A stretch of DNA of 64,000 bases, taken from contig CAWCTR010000007.1 of assembly GCA_963798485.1 (NCBI GenBank), positions 578,043-642,042 of the forward strand, written 5' to 3'. Positions 10,137 to 19,253 of this stretch are shown in pieces. The stretch is from an uncultured delta proteobacterium (GTDB lineage: Bacteria; Desulfobacterota; Desulfomonilia; UBA1062). The notes below the pieces were generated by a model that saw only the letters and a program-made list of their open reading frames with translations, ran no database searches and was not told the DNA's origin. The position numbers and the translations under genes were made by a program. Position 1 is the stretch's first letter, and every line of letters begins with the position of its first letter.

Positions 10137-10777
10137 AGGAAAAGAATCTTGCCCATATGGGATCGTTGCTGGGCGGGGTCGTCCATAACCTCAATACGCC
10201 CCTGATGTGGGTCATGGGCAGGGCGCAGCTCCTCCAGTCAAGAAATGAACACTTCGATACATTCAAGGACCTTTCGGAAGAGGAACTTGCCAAGACCAAG
10301 CAGAAGAACGACAAGGACATTACCTCCATCCTTGAAGGCGCCGATAAGATCGACTCCATCCTCAAAGGTCTTGGTTATAAGATCCAGATGGTCAATGAGG
10401 GATACACCTCTGTGGAGCTCCGGGAATACCTGGAGATGGAAGTGAACTTCCTCATGGCCGATATGCGGTTCAAGCACGATACCAAGCGTGATATTCAGTA
10501 TGGTCCGCGCTCCTATTATGCCAAGGTGGATTACAATGCCCTTTCCGGCGCCGTGTCGGGCACCATCAACGCCATGATGGATCACACGGAAAAAGGCCGT
10601 TCCATCAAGATATCTCTCGACGGCGGGATCATACATATCAGCTGTGCCGAGCTGAAGCCGGATGATAAGGTGCGTCAAGAGATCGATGAGGCCTGCAGTG
10701 ACCTTTCGCCTGTGGCGGATGTCCTTATGGATGATACGAACGGCCTGAAGGTTACCATTGCCCTGAAGGACCTTTAA
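10133..10777 (+). CDS. HisKA/DHp-domain protein with degenerate ATP-binding domain (possible phosphotransferase)
   Basis: H-box [15 protein letters not shown]; no recognisable N/G1/G2 boxes; ATGA overlap with upstream gene. Confidence 0.6.
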   Translation: MKEKNLAHMGSLLGGVVHNLNTPLMWVMGRAQLLQSRNEHFDTFKDLSEEELAKTKQKNDKDITSILEGADKIDSILKGLGYKIQMVNEGYTSVELREYLEMEVNFLMADMRFKHDTKRDIQYGPRSYYAKVDYNALSGAVSGTINAMMDHTEKGRSIKISLDGGIIHISCAELKPDDKVRQEIDEACSDLSPVADVLMDDTNGLKVTIALKDL

Positions 10778-11244
10778 TGTCTTCTTCTAAGGACATCACT
10801 TGTCCGAACTGCGGTCATGCCGTACAGACCTTCCGAAACCCTGTCCCTACCGTGGATGTGGTTATTGAGTACGAAGGCGGTGTCGTGCTTATCCTCCGGA
10901 AGAATCCACCCCCCGGCTGGGCCTTGCCTGGCGGGTTTGTGGACTACGGTGAGACCATCGAGGCAGCTGCAATGAGAGAGGCCAAGGAAGAAACAAACCT
11001 TGAACTTAAAGGGCTCACAATGTTTTCCGTATACTCCGACCCCGCACGGGACCCAAGGCAGCATACCATTACTACGGTGTTTATTGCACAGGGCCATGGC
11101 CGGTTGAAAGGCGGGGATGACGCATCGAAAGCCCAGGTGTTTGCTCTGGATCACCTTCCCGAGCTCGCCTTTGACCATAATAAAATCCTAAAGGATTATC
11201 AGGCATGGAAGCATGGAAAGGAGATAGGTCTTATTAGGAAATAG
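10777..11244 (+). CDS. NUDIX hydrolase (ADP-ribose pyrophosphatase-like)
   Basis: Nudix box [22 protein letters not shown]; RDPRQH; LAFDH. Confidence 0.92.
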   Translation: MSSSKDITCPNCGHAVQTFRNPVPTVDVVIEYEGGVVLILRKNPPPGWALPGGFVDYGETIEAAAMREAKEETNLELKGLTMFSVYSDPARDPRQHTITTVFIAQGHGRLKGGDDASKAQVFALDHLPELAFDHNKILKDYQAWKHGKEIGLIRK

Positions 11245-11278
11245 CATTCTGCTGCCTGAAGTATTGTTACGCTTTAAG

Positions 11279-11494
11279 TTCCCTCCCTTTCAAGGGGAGG
11301 GATAGGGAGGGGATGGTGTTTTACCATGCTTGGTCAGACAAATAAAAAGACAAATGAGATGCTTTGTGGATATTGAGGCAGTAAAAGAGAAGATCTGGAT
11401 AGTTGTGCAGGAACGGCTGCTTCTGAAGCAACCTAAACAGAAAAACGGGAACAGACCCATCCCCACCCCAACCCTCCCCTTGAAGGGGAGGGAA
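11279..11494. repeat. 38-bp inverted repeat pair (REP-like) enclosing a probable DUF559 endonuclease remnant
   Basis: TTCCCTCCCTTTCAAGGGGAGGGATAGGGAGGGGATGG (11279-11316) matches the reverse complement of 11457-11494 at 34/38 positions; internal peptide DIEAVKEKIW...PIPTPTLPLKGRE. Confidence 0.7.
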
Positions 11495-11513
11495 TGTATC
11501 GAGGTCAACTTGA

Positions 11514-14081
11514 ATGACAGGTAGGAAAGAAGTCTTTCTCATCGACGGCAGCTCGTACATCTATCGAGCGTTTTACGCCATGAAGAGCCTCTCCACATCC
11601 AAGGGTATGCCCACCAATGCCATCTACATCTTTTCAAGGATGCTCTTGAAGCTCATCAAGGACAAAAAACCCGAGTTCATGTGCTTCGTGCGCGACGCAA
11701 AAGGCCCCACGGAGCGGCACCGCATGTATGAAGCATACAAGGCCACACGGCAGAGGATGCCTGAGGCCCTCCAGGTCCAGATCCCCTATATCCTCCGGAT
11801 CGTCGAGGCCCTTGGCATCCCTATCCTGGTCAAAGAGGGGCAGGAGGCGGACGACATCATTGCCCAGGCGGCGCGGAGGTTCAAGGGAGATGCGCGAATC
11901 ACCATCATATCCGGCGACAAAGACCTCATGCAGCTCGTTGATGAAGCAGTAACGGTGTGGGACACCCTCAAGGAAAAGGTCTATGACTCTGAATCGGTGA
12001 AAGAAAAATACGGGGTCTATCCGGAATATATCGCTGACCTGCTGGCCATCATGGGCGACAGCTCGGACAACATCCCCGGCGTGCCCGGCATCGGCGAAAA
12101 GGGCGCCCTGGATCTCATCAGCAAATACGGGCATGTATCCGATATCATCGAGCGCGCACAGTCAATCGAGAGCAAAAAGGCCAGGGAGGCAATCTTGAAC
12201 CATACCGATAAGGCACTTTTAAGCCTTGAACTCGCGCGGCTTGACAGGGAAGTGGCCATGGACTTCGATTTAAGCAACATGCGCATGAAGGAAATGGACG
12301 TGGAAACGCTCTCCAAACTTTTCATCGAGCTCGAGTTTAGGGCGCTGCAGGCCGGGCTTGCCGGTGATACGCCAAAGGCCAATGCGGTCTTTGAGGGCAC
12401 AATCGAACATGCCTGCAACCCTTCAGTCTCTGGAGAAGCAGGGATGTACGTGATGCAAGGGGCTTGTTCGGCAATCTCCCATGGGGATATAACCTATGTC
12501 TGCAAGGAAAAGGATACCTGCCTCGATCCTTTGAGGCGGCACCATATCAGGCTCGTCATGCACAATGCAAAGGAGGCCCTGGTTCAGGCCAAGCTCCGGG
12601 GCATTGATGCCGACCCTGAGATCTTCGATACCATGCTTGCCGCCTACTGCTGTGATGCTGCAACCGGTGAGACCACCGTAGAGGACCTTGCCAAGTCCTA
12701 CCTCGACAGGGAAATTCCCCGAACCAAGGAGCTGCTGGGTTCAGGCAGGAATACCAGGGTGCTCGGTGATCTGGGGCAAGATGAGCTTGACCACTACCTT
12801 GCAACTCATGCCCACTATCTTATGCCGCTCAAAGAGGTCCTTTCAGGGCGCATGGCAGACCTCGGGGTGGACAGGCTCTTCTACGAGGTAGAAACGCCTT
12901 TGCTCCACGTGCTCTCAACCATGGAGGCCATTGGTGTGCTTGTGGACCCGGATGTCCTCCTTGCCATTTCAAAGGAAATCGATGTCCAGATGAAGGGCAT
13001 GGAGGAACGGATCTATGCCCATGCGGGCAGGTCGTTTAACATAAACTCCCCCAAACAGTTAGGTGAAATCCTTTTCGTGGACCTCAAACTGCCCATGGTG
13101 AAGAAGACCAAGACCGGCTTTTCCACGGACAGCGCCGTGCTGGAGGCCCTTGCGCCCAGGCACGAGCTGCCGGCGATAATCCTTGACTGGCGCATGCTCA
13201 CCAAGCTCAAGAACACCTATGTGGACACCCTGCCTGCCATGATCGACCCCAAGACCGGTCGCGTCCATACACGGTTCAACCAGGCCGTCACGGCCACGGG
13301 CAGGATATCGTCTTCCGAACCCAATCTCCAGAACATCCCCATACGCTCGGACATGGGCAGGCGCATCCGGTCCGCCTTCACGGCCCCCAAGGGTTTTTCC
13401 ATCCTGAGCGCGGACTATTCCCAGATCGAGCTGAGGATACTCGCCCATATAACCAAGGACGCCACCCTCATGGAGTCCTTCGAAAAGGACATAGACATTC
13501 ATACCCGCACCGCCTCCGAGGTCTTCGGCCTGCCGCTGGCCGAGGTCACGGAGAACCTTCGCAGGCAGGCCAAGACCATCAACTTCGGCATCATCTACGG
13601 CATGGGCCCGCACAAGCTCGCCTTAGAGCTCGGCATCAAGCGCGATGTGGCGAAGCGATACATCGACAATTACCTTGCCAAGTACCCCGGCGTGAAGGGG
13701 TATATGGAGGGCATCGCGCGCTCTGCCGAACAGGACGGCTTTGTAACGACCATCATGGGCAGGCGCAGGAGCATCCCCGAGATCGCCTCGAACAATTTTA
13801 ACGAGCGCGAGGCAGCCAGGAGGATCGCCATCAACACCCCGATCCAGGGGAGCGCGGCGGATATCATTAAGATGGCCATGGTGAAGATCCATGAACACAT
13901 GAAGAAAATGGAGAGCAGGATGATCCTCCAGGTGCACGACGAGCTGGTGTTCGAGGTCAAGGACGATGAGATCGAGACAGTCCGGGAGATGGTAAAATCC
14001 GAGATGGAAAACGCCTACCCTTTACTGGTGCCGGTGAGGGTCGATATCGGGGTGGGGGAGAACTGGGCTAAGGCCCACTAG
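11514..14081 (+). CDS. polA: DNA polymerase I
   Basis: 5'-3' exo LIDGSSYIYRAF, GDSSDNIPGV; polymerase motifs ADYSQIELR, KTINFGIIYG, QVHDEL. Confidence 0.97.
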   Translation: MTGRKEVFLIDGSSYIYRAFYAMKSLSTSKGMPTNAIYIFSRMLLKLIKDKKPEFMCFVRDAKGPTERHRMYEAYKATRQRMPEALQVQIPYILRIVEALGIPILVKEGQEADDIIAQAARRFKGDARITIISGDKDLMQLVDEAVTVWDTLKEKVYDSESVKEKYGVYPEYIADLLAIMGDSSDNIPGVPGIGEKGALDLISKYGHVSDIIERAQSIESKKAREAILNHTDKALLSLELARLDREVAMDFDLSNMRMKEMDVETLSKLFIELEFRALQAGLAGDTPKANAVFEGTIEHACNPSVSGEAGMYVMQGACSAISHGDITYVCKEKDTCLDPLRRHHIRLVMHNAKEALVQAKLRGIDADPEIFDTMLAAYCCDAATGETTVEDLAKSYLDREIPRTKELLGSGRNTRVLGDLGQDELDHYLATHAHYLMPLKEVLSGRMADLGVDRLFYEVETPLLHVLSTMEAIGVLVDPDVLLAISKEIDVQMKGMEERIYAHAGRSFNINSPKQLGEILFVDLKLPMVKKTKTGFSTDSAVLEALAPRHELPAIILDWRMLTKLKNTYVDTLPAMIDPKTGRVHTRFNQAVTATGRISSSEPNLQNIPIRSDMGRRIRSAFTAPKGFSILSADYSQIELRILAHITKDATLMESFEKDIDIHTRTASEVFGLPLAEVTENLRRQAKTINFGIIYGMGPHKLALELGIKRDVAKRYIDNYLAKYPGVKGYMEGIARSAEQDGFVTTIMGRRRSIPEIASNNFNEREAARRIAINTPIQGSAADIIKMAMVKIHEHMKKMESRMILQVHDELVFEVKDDEIETVREMVKSEMENAYPLLVPVRVDIGVGENWAKAH

Positions 14082-14098
14082 GGGTGGTTAAAAAGACT

Positions 14099-14124
14099 GT
14101 AGGGGCGGGCCTTGTGCCCGCCCC
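14099..14124. repeat. GTAG-type REP hairpin / likely bidirectional terminator between convergent genes
   Basis: GTAGGGGCGGGC-CTTGT-GCCCGCCCC. Confidence 0.65.
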
Positions 14125-14139
14125 ATGTCTTTGTTGATG

Positions 14140-15288
14140 CTATCTCTTGCCCAGGATGTTCCTGGCAACGACCACCCTCATGATCTCGTTGGTGCCTTCA
14201 TAGATCTGGGTGATCTTGGCGTCGCGCATGAGGCGTTCCATGGGGTATTCGGACACATAGCCATAGCCGCCCAGGATTTGAACGCCCTCGACCGTTGCCC
14301 ACATGGCCACGTCGGACGCATACATCTTTGCCATTGCAGCCTCTTTTTCAAAGTGCATATGGTTGCTTTCGAGGTATGCAGCCCGCAGGATCAGCAGCTC
14401 AGCCGCATCGATGCGTGTAGCCATGTCGGCCATCTTGAACTGGATGGCCTGGAACTCACTGATGGGTTTGCCGAACTGCACGCGTTCCTTGGAGTATTTG
14501 ATCGATTCTTCAAGGCAGCTCTTGGCGATGCCCAATGCCTGCGATGCGATACCGATGCGGCCTGAATCCAGCGTGGTGAGCATCTGCCTGAACCCTGATC
14601 CGGGGTCGCCCAGGATGGCATCCTTGGGGATGCGGGCGTCCTGGAACACAAGCTCGGATGTCCCTGAGCCCCTGATGCCCAGCTTGTCTTCCACCTTGCC
14701 CACCGAGAAGCCCTCGGTCTGCTCGAGGTCCAAAACGAACTGGGTGATGCCCTTGTATCCCTTGGTTTTGTCGGTGATGGCGGCGATGACTGCATACTTG
14801 GCTATGTTGCCGTTGGTGATGAATTTCTTCTCGCCGTTGATGATCCAGTGGTTGCCGTCAAGCACGGCGCTTGTCTTCATGCCTGCCGGGTCCGAGCCCG
14901 CATTGGCCTCGGTGAGACCATAGCACCCATGGGCAACCCCTGAGGCCACGGGGGTGTTGAACTTCTTGCGCTGCTCCTCGGAGCCGAAGGTATAGACCGG
15001 GAAGCCATAGAGCGAGTTGTTCACTGACATGATCACGCCGGTGCTGGCGCAGCCCCGGGATATCTCGGTGAGGATGAGGGCATAGGCCATATAATCCATG
15101 CCCGCTCCGCCATATTCGCTCGGGATGGCGACGCCCATGAAACCGTTTTCCGCCATCTTCTTAAGCACGGCGTCATTATGCTTGTGGGTCTGGTCGATCT
15201 GGGCGGCTATGGGCTTAAGCTCCTGATCTGAGAATCTCCTGGCCATGTCCTGTACCATCTTTTGCTCTTCGCTCAGTGAAAAATCCAT
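14140..15288 (-). CDS. Short-chain (butyryl-CoA-type) acyl-CoA dehydrogenase
   Basis: GLTEANAGSD, NGEKKFITN, GRIGIASQALG, QILGGYGY, IYEGTNEI; AGGAGG RBS before 15288. Confidence 0.92.
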   Translation of the reverse strand: MDFSLSEEQKMVQDMARRFSDQELKPIAAQIDQTHKHNDAVLKKMAENGFMGVAIPSEYGGAGMDYMAYALILTEISRGCASTGVIMSVNNSLYGFPVYTFGSEEQRKKFNTPVASGVAHGCYGLTEANAGSDPAGMKTSAVLDGNHWIINGEKKFITNGNIAKYAVIAAITDKTKGYKGITQFVLDLEQTEGFSVGKVEDKLGIRGSGTSELVFQDARIPKDAILGDPGSGFRQMLTTLDSGRIGIASQALGIAKSCLEESIKYSKERVQFGKPISEFQAIQFKMADMATRIDAAELLILRAAYLESNHMHFEKEAAMAKMYASDVAMWATVEGVQILGGYGYVSEYPMERLMRDAKITQIYEGTNEIMRVVVARNILGKR

Positions 15289-15371
15289 GTGGCTCCTCCT
15301 AGTGTGGGTGTCTCGCTCTTGAGCATCCTTTATGTTCCTGTCAATATTCATGATGGCGATTTTCTATAAAG

Positions 15372-15417
15372 ATGAATGAGCATTCATTTATATACCCCTG
15401 ATAGAATTTTCTGTCAA
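15372..15417 (-). promoter_or_regulatory. Sigma-70 promoter of the acyl-CoA dehydrogenase gene with TetR/FadR-like palindromic operator
   Basis: Minus strand TTGACA (15417-15412), 17 bp, TATATA (15394-15389), then near-palindrome ATGAATGAGCATTCAT (15372-15387) over the +1 region. Confidence 0.7.
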
Positions 15418-15532
15418 TGAGCGCCCGGGATGATCCAACCTGTTTTTTCAGGAGAACAATAGCCTTTACTGAGGGTGTCATTCACTGATATATAGATTCT
15501 CCTATCAAACACGGTAAGGAGGATTTTCTGGT

Positions 15533-16615
15533 ATGAGAAATGTATTCATATTTAACCCAGGACCTTCGGTCCTGCCTGAACCCGTACTCGAGAGTACGAG
15601 CAAGGCAGTCTTGAATTTTGCCGGAACCGGCATGTCAATAATGGAAGTCTCTCACCGATCGAAGCAGTTTGATGCACTGCTCATCGAGACAGTGGGTCTT
15701 CTTAAGAAGGTTATGCAGATCCCGGACAACTACAAGATCCTTTTCCTTCAGGGCGGCGCGAGCATGCAGTTTGCCATGATCCCCATCAATCTGCTCACCC
15801 CGGGCAAGGTTGCCGATTACATAGATACAGGTTATTTCGCCACCCGGGCCATCAAGGAGGCCAAGCTGATCGGGAAGGTGAACATCGCGGCATCCACCAA
15901 GGACCTCAACTACACGAGGCTGCCTGCACCGGACGAGATCAAGCTCACCAAGGATGCCGCCTACTGCCACGTTACGTCCAATAACACCATCTATGGCAGC
16001 CAGTATCAGACATTCCCGGAAACCGGAGATGTGCCCCTTGCGGCAGACATGTCTTCAGACATCCTTTCCAGGAAGGTCGATGTGTCGAAGTTCGGGCTTA
16101 TCTATGCAGGCGCACAGAAGAACATGGGGCCTGCCGGGGTCACATGCGTCATTATCCGGGATGACCTTGTCGGTAAGGCACCCGAGAATACCCCTTCCAT
16201 GCTGAACTACAAGCCGCATGTGGAGAACAATTCCTGTTATAATACCTGTCCCGTTACCGCCATCTTCGTGGTGCACGAGGTGCTGAAGTGGCTTGACGGC
16301 ATGGGCGGAGTAGCAGAGATTGAAAAGATCAACAACAAGAAGGCAGCGCTTATCTATGATATCCTTGATAAGAGCACCTTCTACAAGGGCAGCGTCGAGA
16401 AGGGGTCGCGCTCAAAGATGAACATCCCCTTCAAGCTTCCCACCGAAGAGCTTGATAATGAATTCCTCGCCCAGGCTTCGAAAAAGGCCTTTATCGGTCT
16501 GAAGGGCCACCGGGCCGTGGGAGGCATCAGGGTGTCCATGTACAATGCCATGCCGCTCGACGGCGTGCAGAAACTCGCGGACTTCATGAAGGAGTTCGAA
16601 AAGGGCAAGGCGTAA
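15533..16615 (+). CDS. serC: Phosphoserine aminotransferase
   Basis: FNPGPS, EVSHRS, LQGGAS, DMSSD, YAGAQKN, GHRAVGGIRVSMYNA. Confidence 0.96.
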   Translation: MRNVFIFNPGPSVLPEPVLESTSKAVLNFAGTGMSIMEVSHRSKQFDALLIETVGLLKKVMQIPDNYKILFLQGGASMQFAMIPINLLTPGKVADYIDTGYFATRAIKEAKLIGKVNIAASTKDLNYTRLPAPDEIKLTKDAAYCHVTSNNTIYGSQYQTFPETGDVPLAADMSSDILSRKVDVSKFGLIYAGAQKNMGPAGVTCVIIRDDLVGKAPENTPSMLNYKPHVENNSCYNTCPVTAIFVVHEVLKWLDGMGGVAEIEKINNKKAALIYDILDKSTFYKGSVEKGSRSKMNIPFKLPTEELDNEFLAQASKKAFIGLKGHRAVGGIRVSMYNAMPLDGVQKLADFMKEFEKGKA

Positions 16616-16625
16616 GTCTTATCCG

Positions 16626-16656
16626 AGGGCAGGTCACGGTTGTGTCCTGCCCTTTC
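16626..16656 (+). terminator. Probable intrinsic terminator after serC
   Basis: AGGGCAGG...CCTGCCCT stem followed by pyrimidine-rich tract. Confidence 0.5.
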
Positions 16657-16709
16657 CTTATTTAATATACATACGCATAGGTATTTGATTTGATGGAAGG
16701 GGGGATTCT

Positions 16710-17588
16710 ATGGCGTGGCGTTTTTTGCATACACAAAAGCTGCTCGGCATCCTTGTTTTGATTATGTTACTTTGCGGTTGTAACCCGAAGGCAATCATGC
16801 TGAAAACCATGGACCCTATCATGGATGACATGAATATCGCGGTTAACCGGAACACCGATGTGGACATGCTCCATGACGCCATGCCGGCCTTTCTTGTCCA
16901 GATGGACGGGTTCCTTATTTCAGCCCCCAATGACAAGCGGCTCCTGCAGACGGCTGAAGCCTACTTCGGGTATGCGAACTGCTATGTGGAAGATACGGAC
17001 AAACAGCGTGCAAGCATGCTCTACCTCAAGGCCAGAGGTTATGCGATCAGGGCTCTTCTTGGGAATGCGGACCATAAAAAATTTTTCGACAAAGACCTCG
17101 TTGAATTTAAGGAATTGCTGCAGGGCTATGGCGCCGGCGATGTGCCGGCGCTCTTCTGGACCGCCAACTCCTGGATCGCCTGGGTAGCGCTGAACCTCGA
17201 TAAGCCTGCGGCCATCATGGATGTACCCAAGGCCCAGGCCATGCTGGAGCGAGTCGTCGAGCTCGATGAGACTTTCTACTATGGCAGCGCCCATACAGCC
17301 CTGGGTGCCCTCTATGCATCCCAGCCCAGGATTATGGGCGACACCTCGGCCAAGGCAAAGCAGCACTTTGACAAGGCCTTCGAGATATCGGGCAGGAAGC
17401 TTCTTTTTGTCCACCTGTATTATGCGAAGTTTTATGCATACCAGATCCAGGACCGGGACCTGTTCATCAAGACCCTCGAAGAGGTCCTTGATGCGCCGAG
17501 CGATATCTTCCCGGACAGGGCCTTTGCCAATGAGGTGGCAAAGCGCAAGGCCAAGATCCTTTTAGACAATGTTGATATGTATTTCTAG
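16710..17588 (+). CDS. TRAP-T (TPAT) TatT component lipoprotein
   Basis: Lipobox LCGC; helical TPR-like body, VPALFW, LDETFYYG, ANEVAKRKA; directly upstream of dctPQM. Confidence 0.85.
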   Translation: MAWRFLHTQKLLGILVLIMLLCGCNPKAIMLKTMDPIMDDMNIAVNRNTDVDMLHDAMPAFLVQMDGFLISAPNDKRLLQTAEAYFGYANCYVEDTDKQRASMLYLKARGYAIRALLGNADHKKFFDKDLVEFKELLQGYGAGDVPALFWTANSWIAWVALNLDKPAAIMDVPKAQAMLERVVELDETFYYGSAHTALGALYASQPRIMGDTSAKAKQHFDKAFEISGRKLLFVHLYYAKFYAYQIQDRDLFIKTLEEVLDAPSDIFPDRAFANEVAKRKAKILLDNVDMYF

Positions 17589-17613
17589 CACAACTCACCA
17601 TAAAGGGGGCTCC

Positions 17614-18666
17614 ATGATGAGATTTACCGCGCTTATGAGTACCATTGTGATTCTCTTTGTCTTGCCGCTAGGCTGCCTTGCGTCGGGTCCTGAACCGAAG
17701 GTGCTCATCAAGATGGCATCCATAGCACCTAAGGGGTCGAGTATGGCGAATGCCTTTGACGACATGGCGAAGCAGGTCAAGGACAGGACGAATAATGAAG
17801 TGGCATTCAAGATATACTGGGGCGGTGTCCAGGGCGATGAGAAGGACGTCATCAGGAAGATCAAGCTCGGCCAGCTCCAGGGCGGGGGCTTCATGGGGCC
17901 GGGGCTCGGCCTCATCGTACCGGAAGTGAGGGTTACGGAAGTCCCCTATATGTTCCGGAACTATGAAGAGGTTGCCTATGTCCGTGAACAACTCCAGCCC
18001 ATCATGAACAAGCACTTCGAGGACAAGGGCTTCAAGGTGATCGGGTGGATGAACCTCGGGTTTGTATACACCTTCTCCAAAGAGCCCCTGCTTTCACTGG
18101 ATATTGCAAGGCGGCAGAAGTGGTGGAACCTCGAAGGGGAACCCATCGGGAAGGCCATGTTCGAGGCCCTGGGCATCTCGCCCATCTCCCTTTCGTTCTC
18201 CGATGTGGCCACGGCGCTTTCTACGAACATGATCAACTGTGCGCCTTCAACCCCGTTCGGCGCCGTTGCATTCCAGTGGTATACCAAGTTCAAGTATATG
18301 TCGAGCCACCCAACCAGCAATATTTTAGGCGCCACCATCATTACCAGGGATGTTTGGGACAAGATTTCCCCCTCAGGCCAGAAGATCTTAATGGATGTCT
18401 CGGCCAGGTCGCATGAAAGGATCATGAAGGTCACCAGAGATGAAGACACAAAATCTGTAGAACTCCTGAAAAAAGCGGGGGTCACCATCGTCCCAACCAA
18501 CTTTAAGAACAAGGACCAGCAATTTGTCTTTGAAGTCGGCAGGAAGGTGCGGGAAAACCTTGTGGGCAAGCTCTATCCAAAGGACCTCCTTGACAAGACC
18601 ATGGCCCTCACCGAGGAATACCGGCGAAAGCACCCAAATGACACCACGGTAATCCGCCTTGAATAG
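17614..18666 (+). CDS. dctP: TRAP transporter substrate-binding protein (TatP/DctP)
   Basis: IKMASIAPKGS, YWGGVQGDEKDVIRKIKLGQL. Confidence 0.88.
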   Translation: MMRFTALMSTIVILFVLPLGCLASGPEPKVLIKMASIAPKGSSMANAFDDMAKQVKDRTNNEVAFKIYWGGVQGDEKDVIRKIKLGQLQGGGFMGPGLGLIVPEVRVTEVPYMFRNYEEVAYVREQLQPIMNKHFEDKGFKVIGWMNLGFVYTFSKEPLLSLDIARRQKWWNLEGEPIGKAMFEALGISPISLSFSDVATALSTNMINCAPSTPFGAVAFQWYTKFKYMSSHPTSNILGATIITRDVWDKISPSGQKILMDVSARSHERIMKVTRDEDTKSVELLKKAGVTIVPTNFKNKDQQFVFEVGRKVRENLVGKLYPKDLLDKTMALTEEYRRKHPNDTTVIRLE

Positions 18667-18685
18667 GTTCTGAGGTAAAAGACGT

Positions 18686-19249
18686 ATGCGTTGTCCTTTG
18701 TGCGGATCCACCCAACTAGACAGTAGGATCGCTGTATGCACTGAATGCGGGGGCGTTCTAGGACGGCGGGCCCGTTTCTTCAGGGTCATTGCCTGGATTG
18801 AGGATACGCTCATCGCTGTCATGCTCTGCAGCATGATACTGCTTGTGCTTGTCCAGATAGGGCTTCGGAACTTCTATGCCACAGGCATCACCGGGGGCGG
18901 TGAGATGGTGCGCCATTTGGTGCTGTGGGTGGCCTTCCTCGGGGCCGGGATTGCGGCCCGTGAAGGCAAGAATATCAGGATCGATATAGCCCAACGGATC
19001 TTCCCTGCGGGGGGCAGGGATTTCACAGAGGTCATTACCAGCCTGTTCACCACTGCGGTCTGCGCCATATTGTTCTATGCATCCATCCAGTTCGTGCGGG
19101 CCGATTACAGCCTGGGAACGAGGATCGCCTTCTTCGATCTGCCGGTGTGGATCTTCGAGGTCATCATCCCTGTCGGTTACTGCGCGGTCACGCTGAGGTA
19201 TGCGGCCGCATGCAAGCTCTCACTCTTCAGGCTGGTCAGGGGGAGCTAA
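18686..19249 (+). CDS. dctQ: TRAP small permease with N-terminal zinc-ribbon-like extension
   Basis: 4 TM segments, LVLWVAFLGA, NIRID; N-terminal CPLC...CTEC. Confidence 0.82.
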   Translation: MRCPLCGSTQLDSRIAVCTECGGVLGRRARFFRVIAWIEDTLIAVMLCSMILLVLVQIGLRNFYATGITGGGEMVRHLVLWVAFLGAGIAAREGKNIRIDIAQRIFPAGGRDFTEVITSLFTTAVCAILFYASIQFVRADYSLGTRIAFFDLPVWIFEVIIPVGYCAVTLRYAAACKLSLFRLVRGS

Positions 19250-19253
19250 GGCG

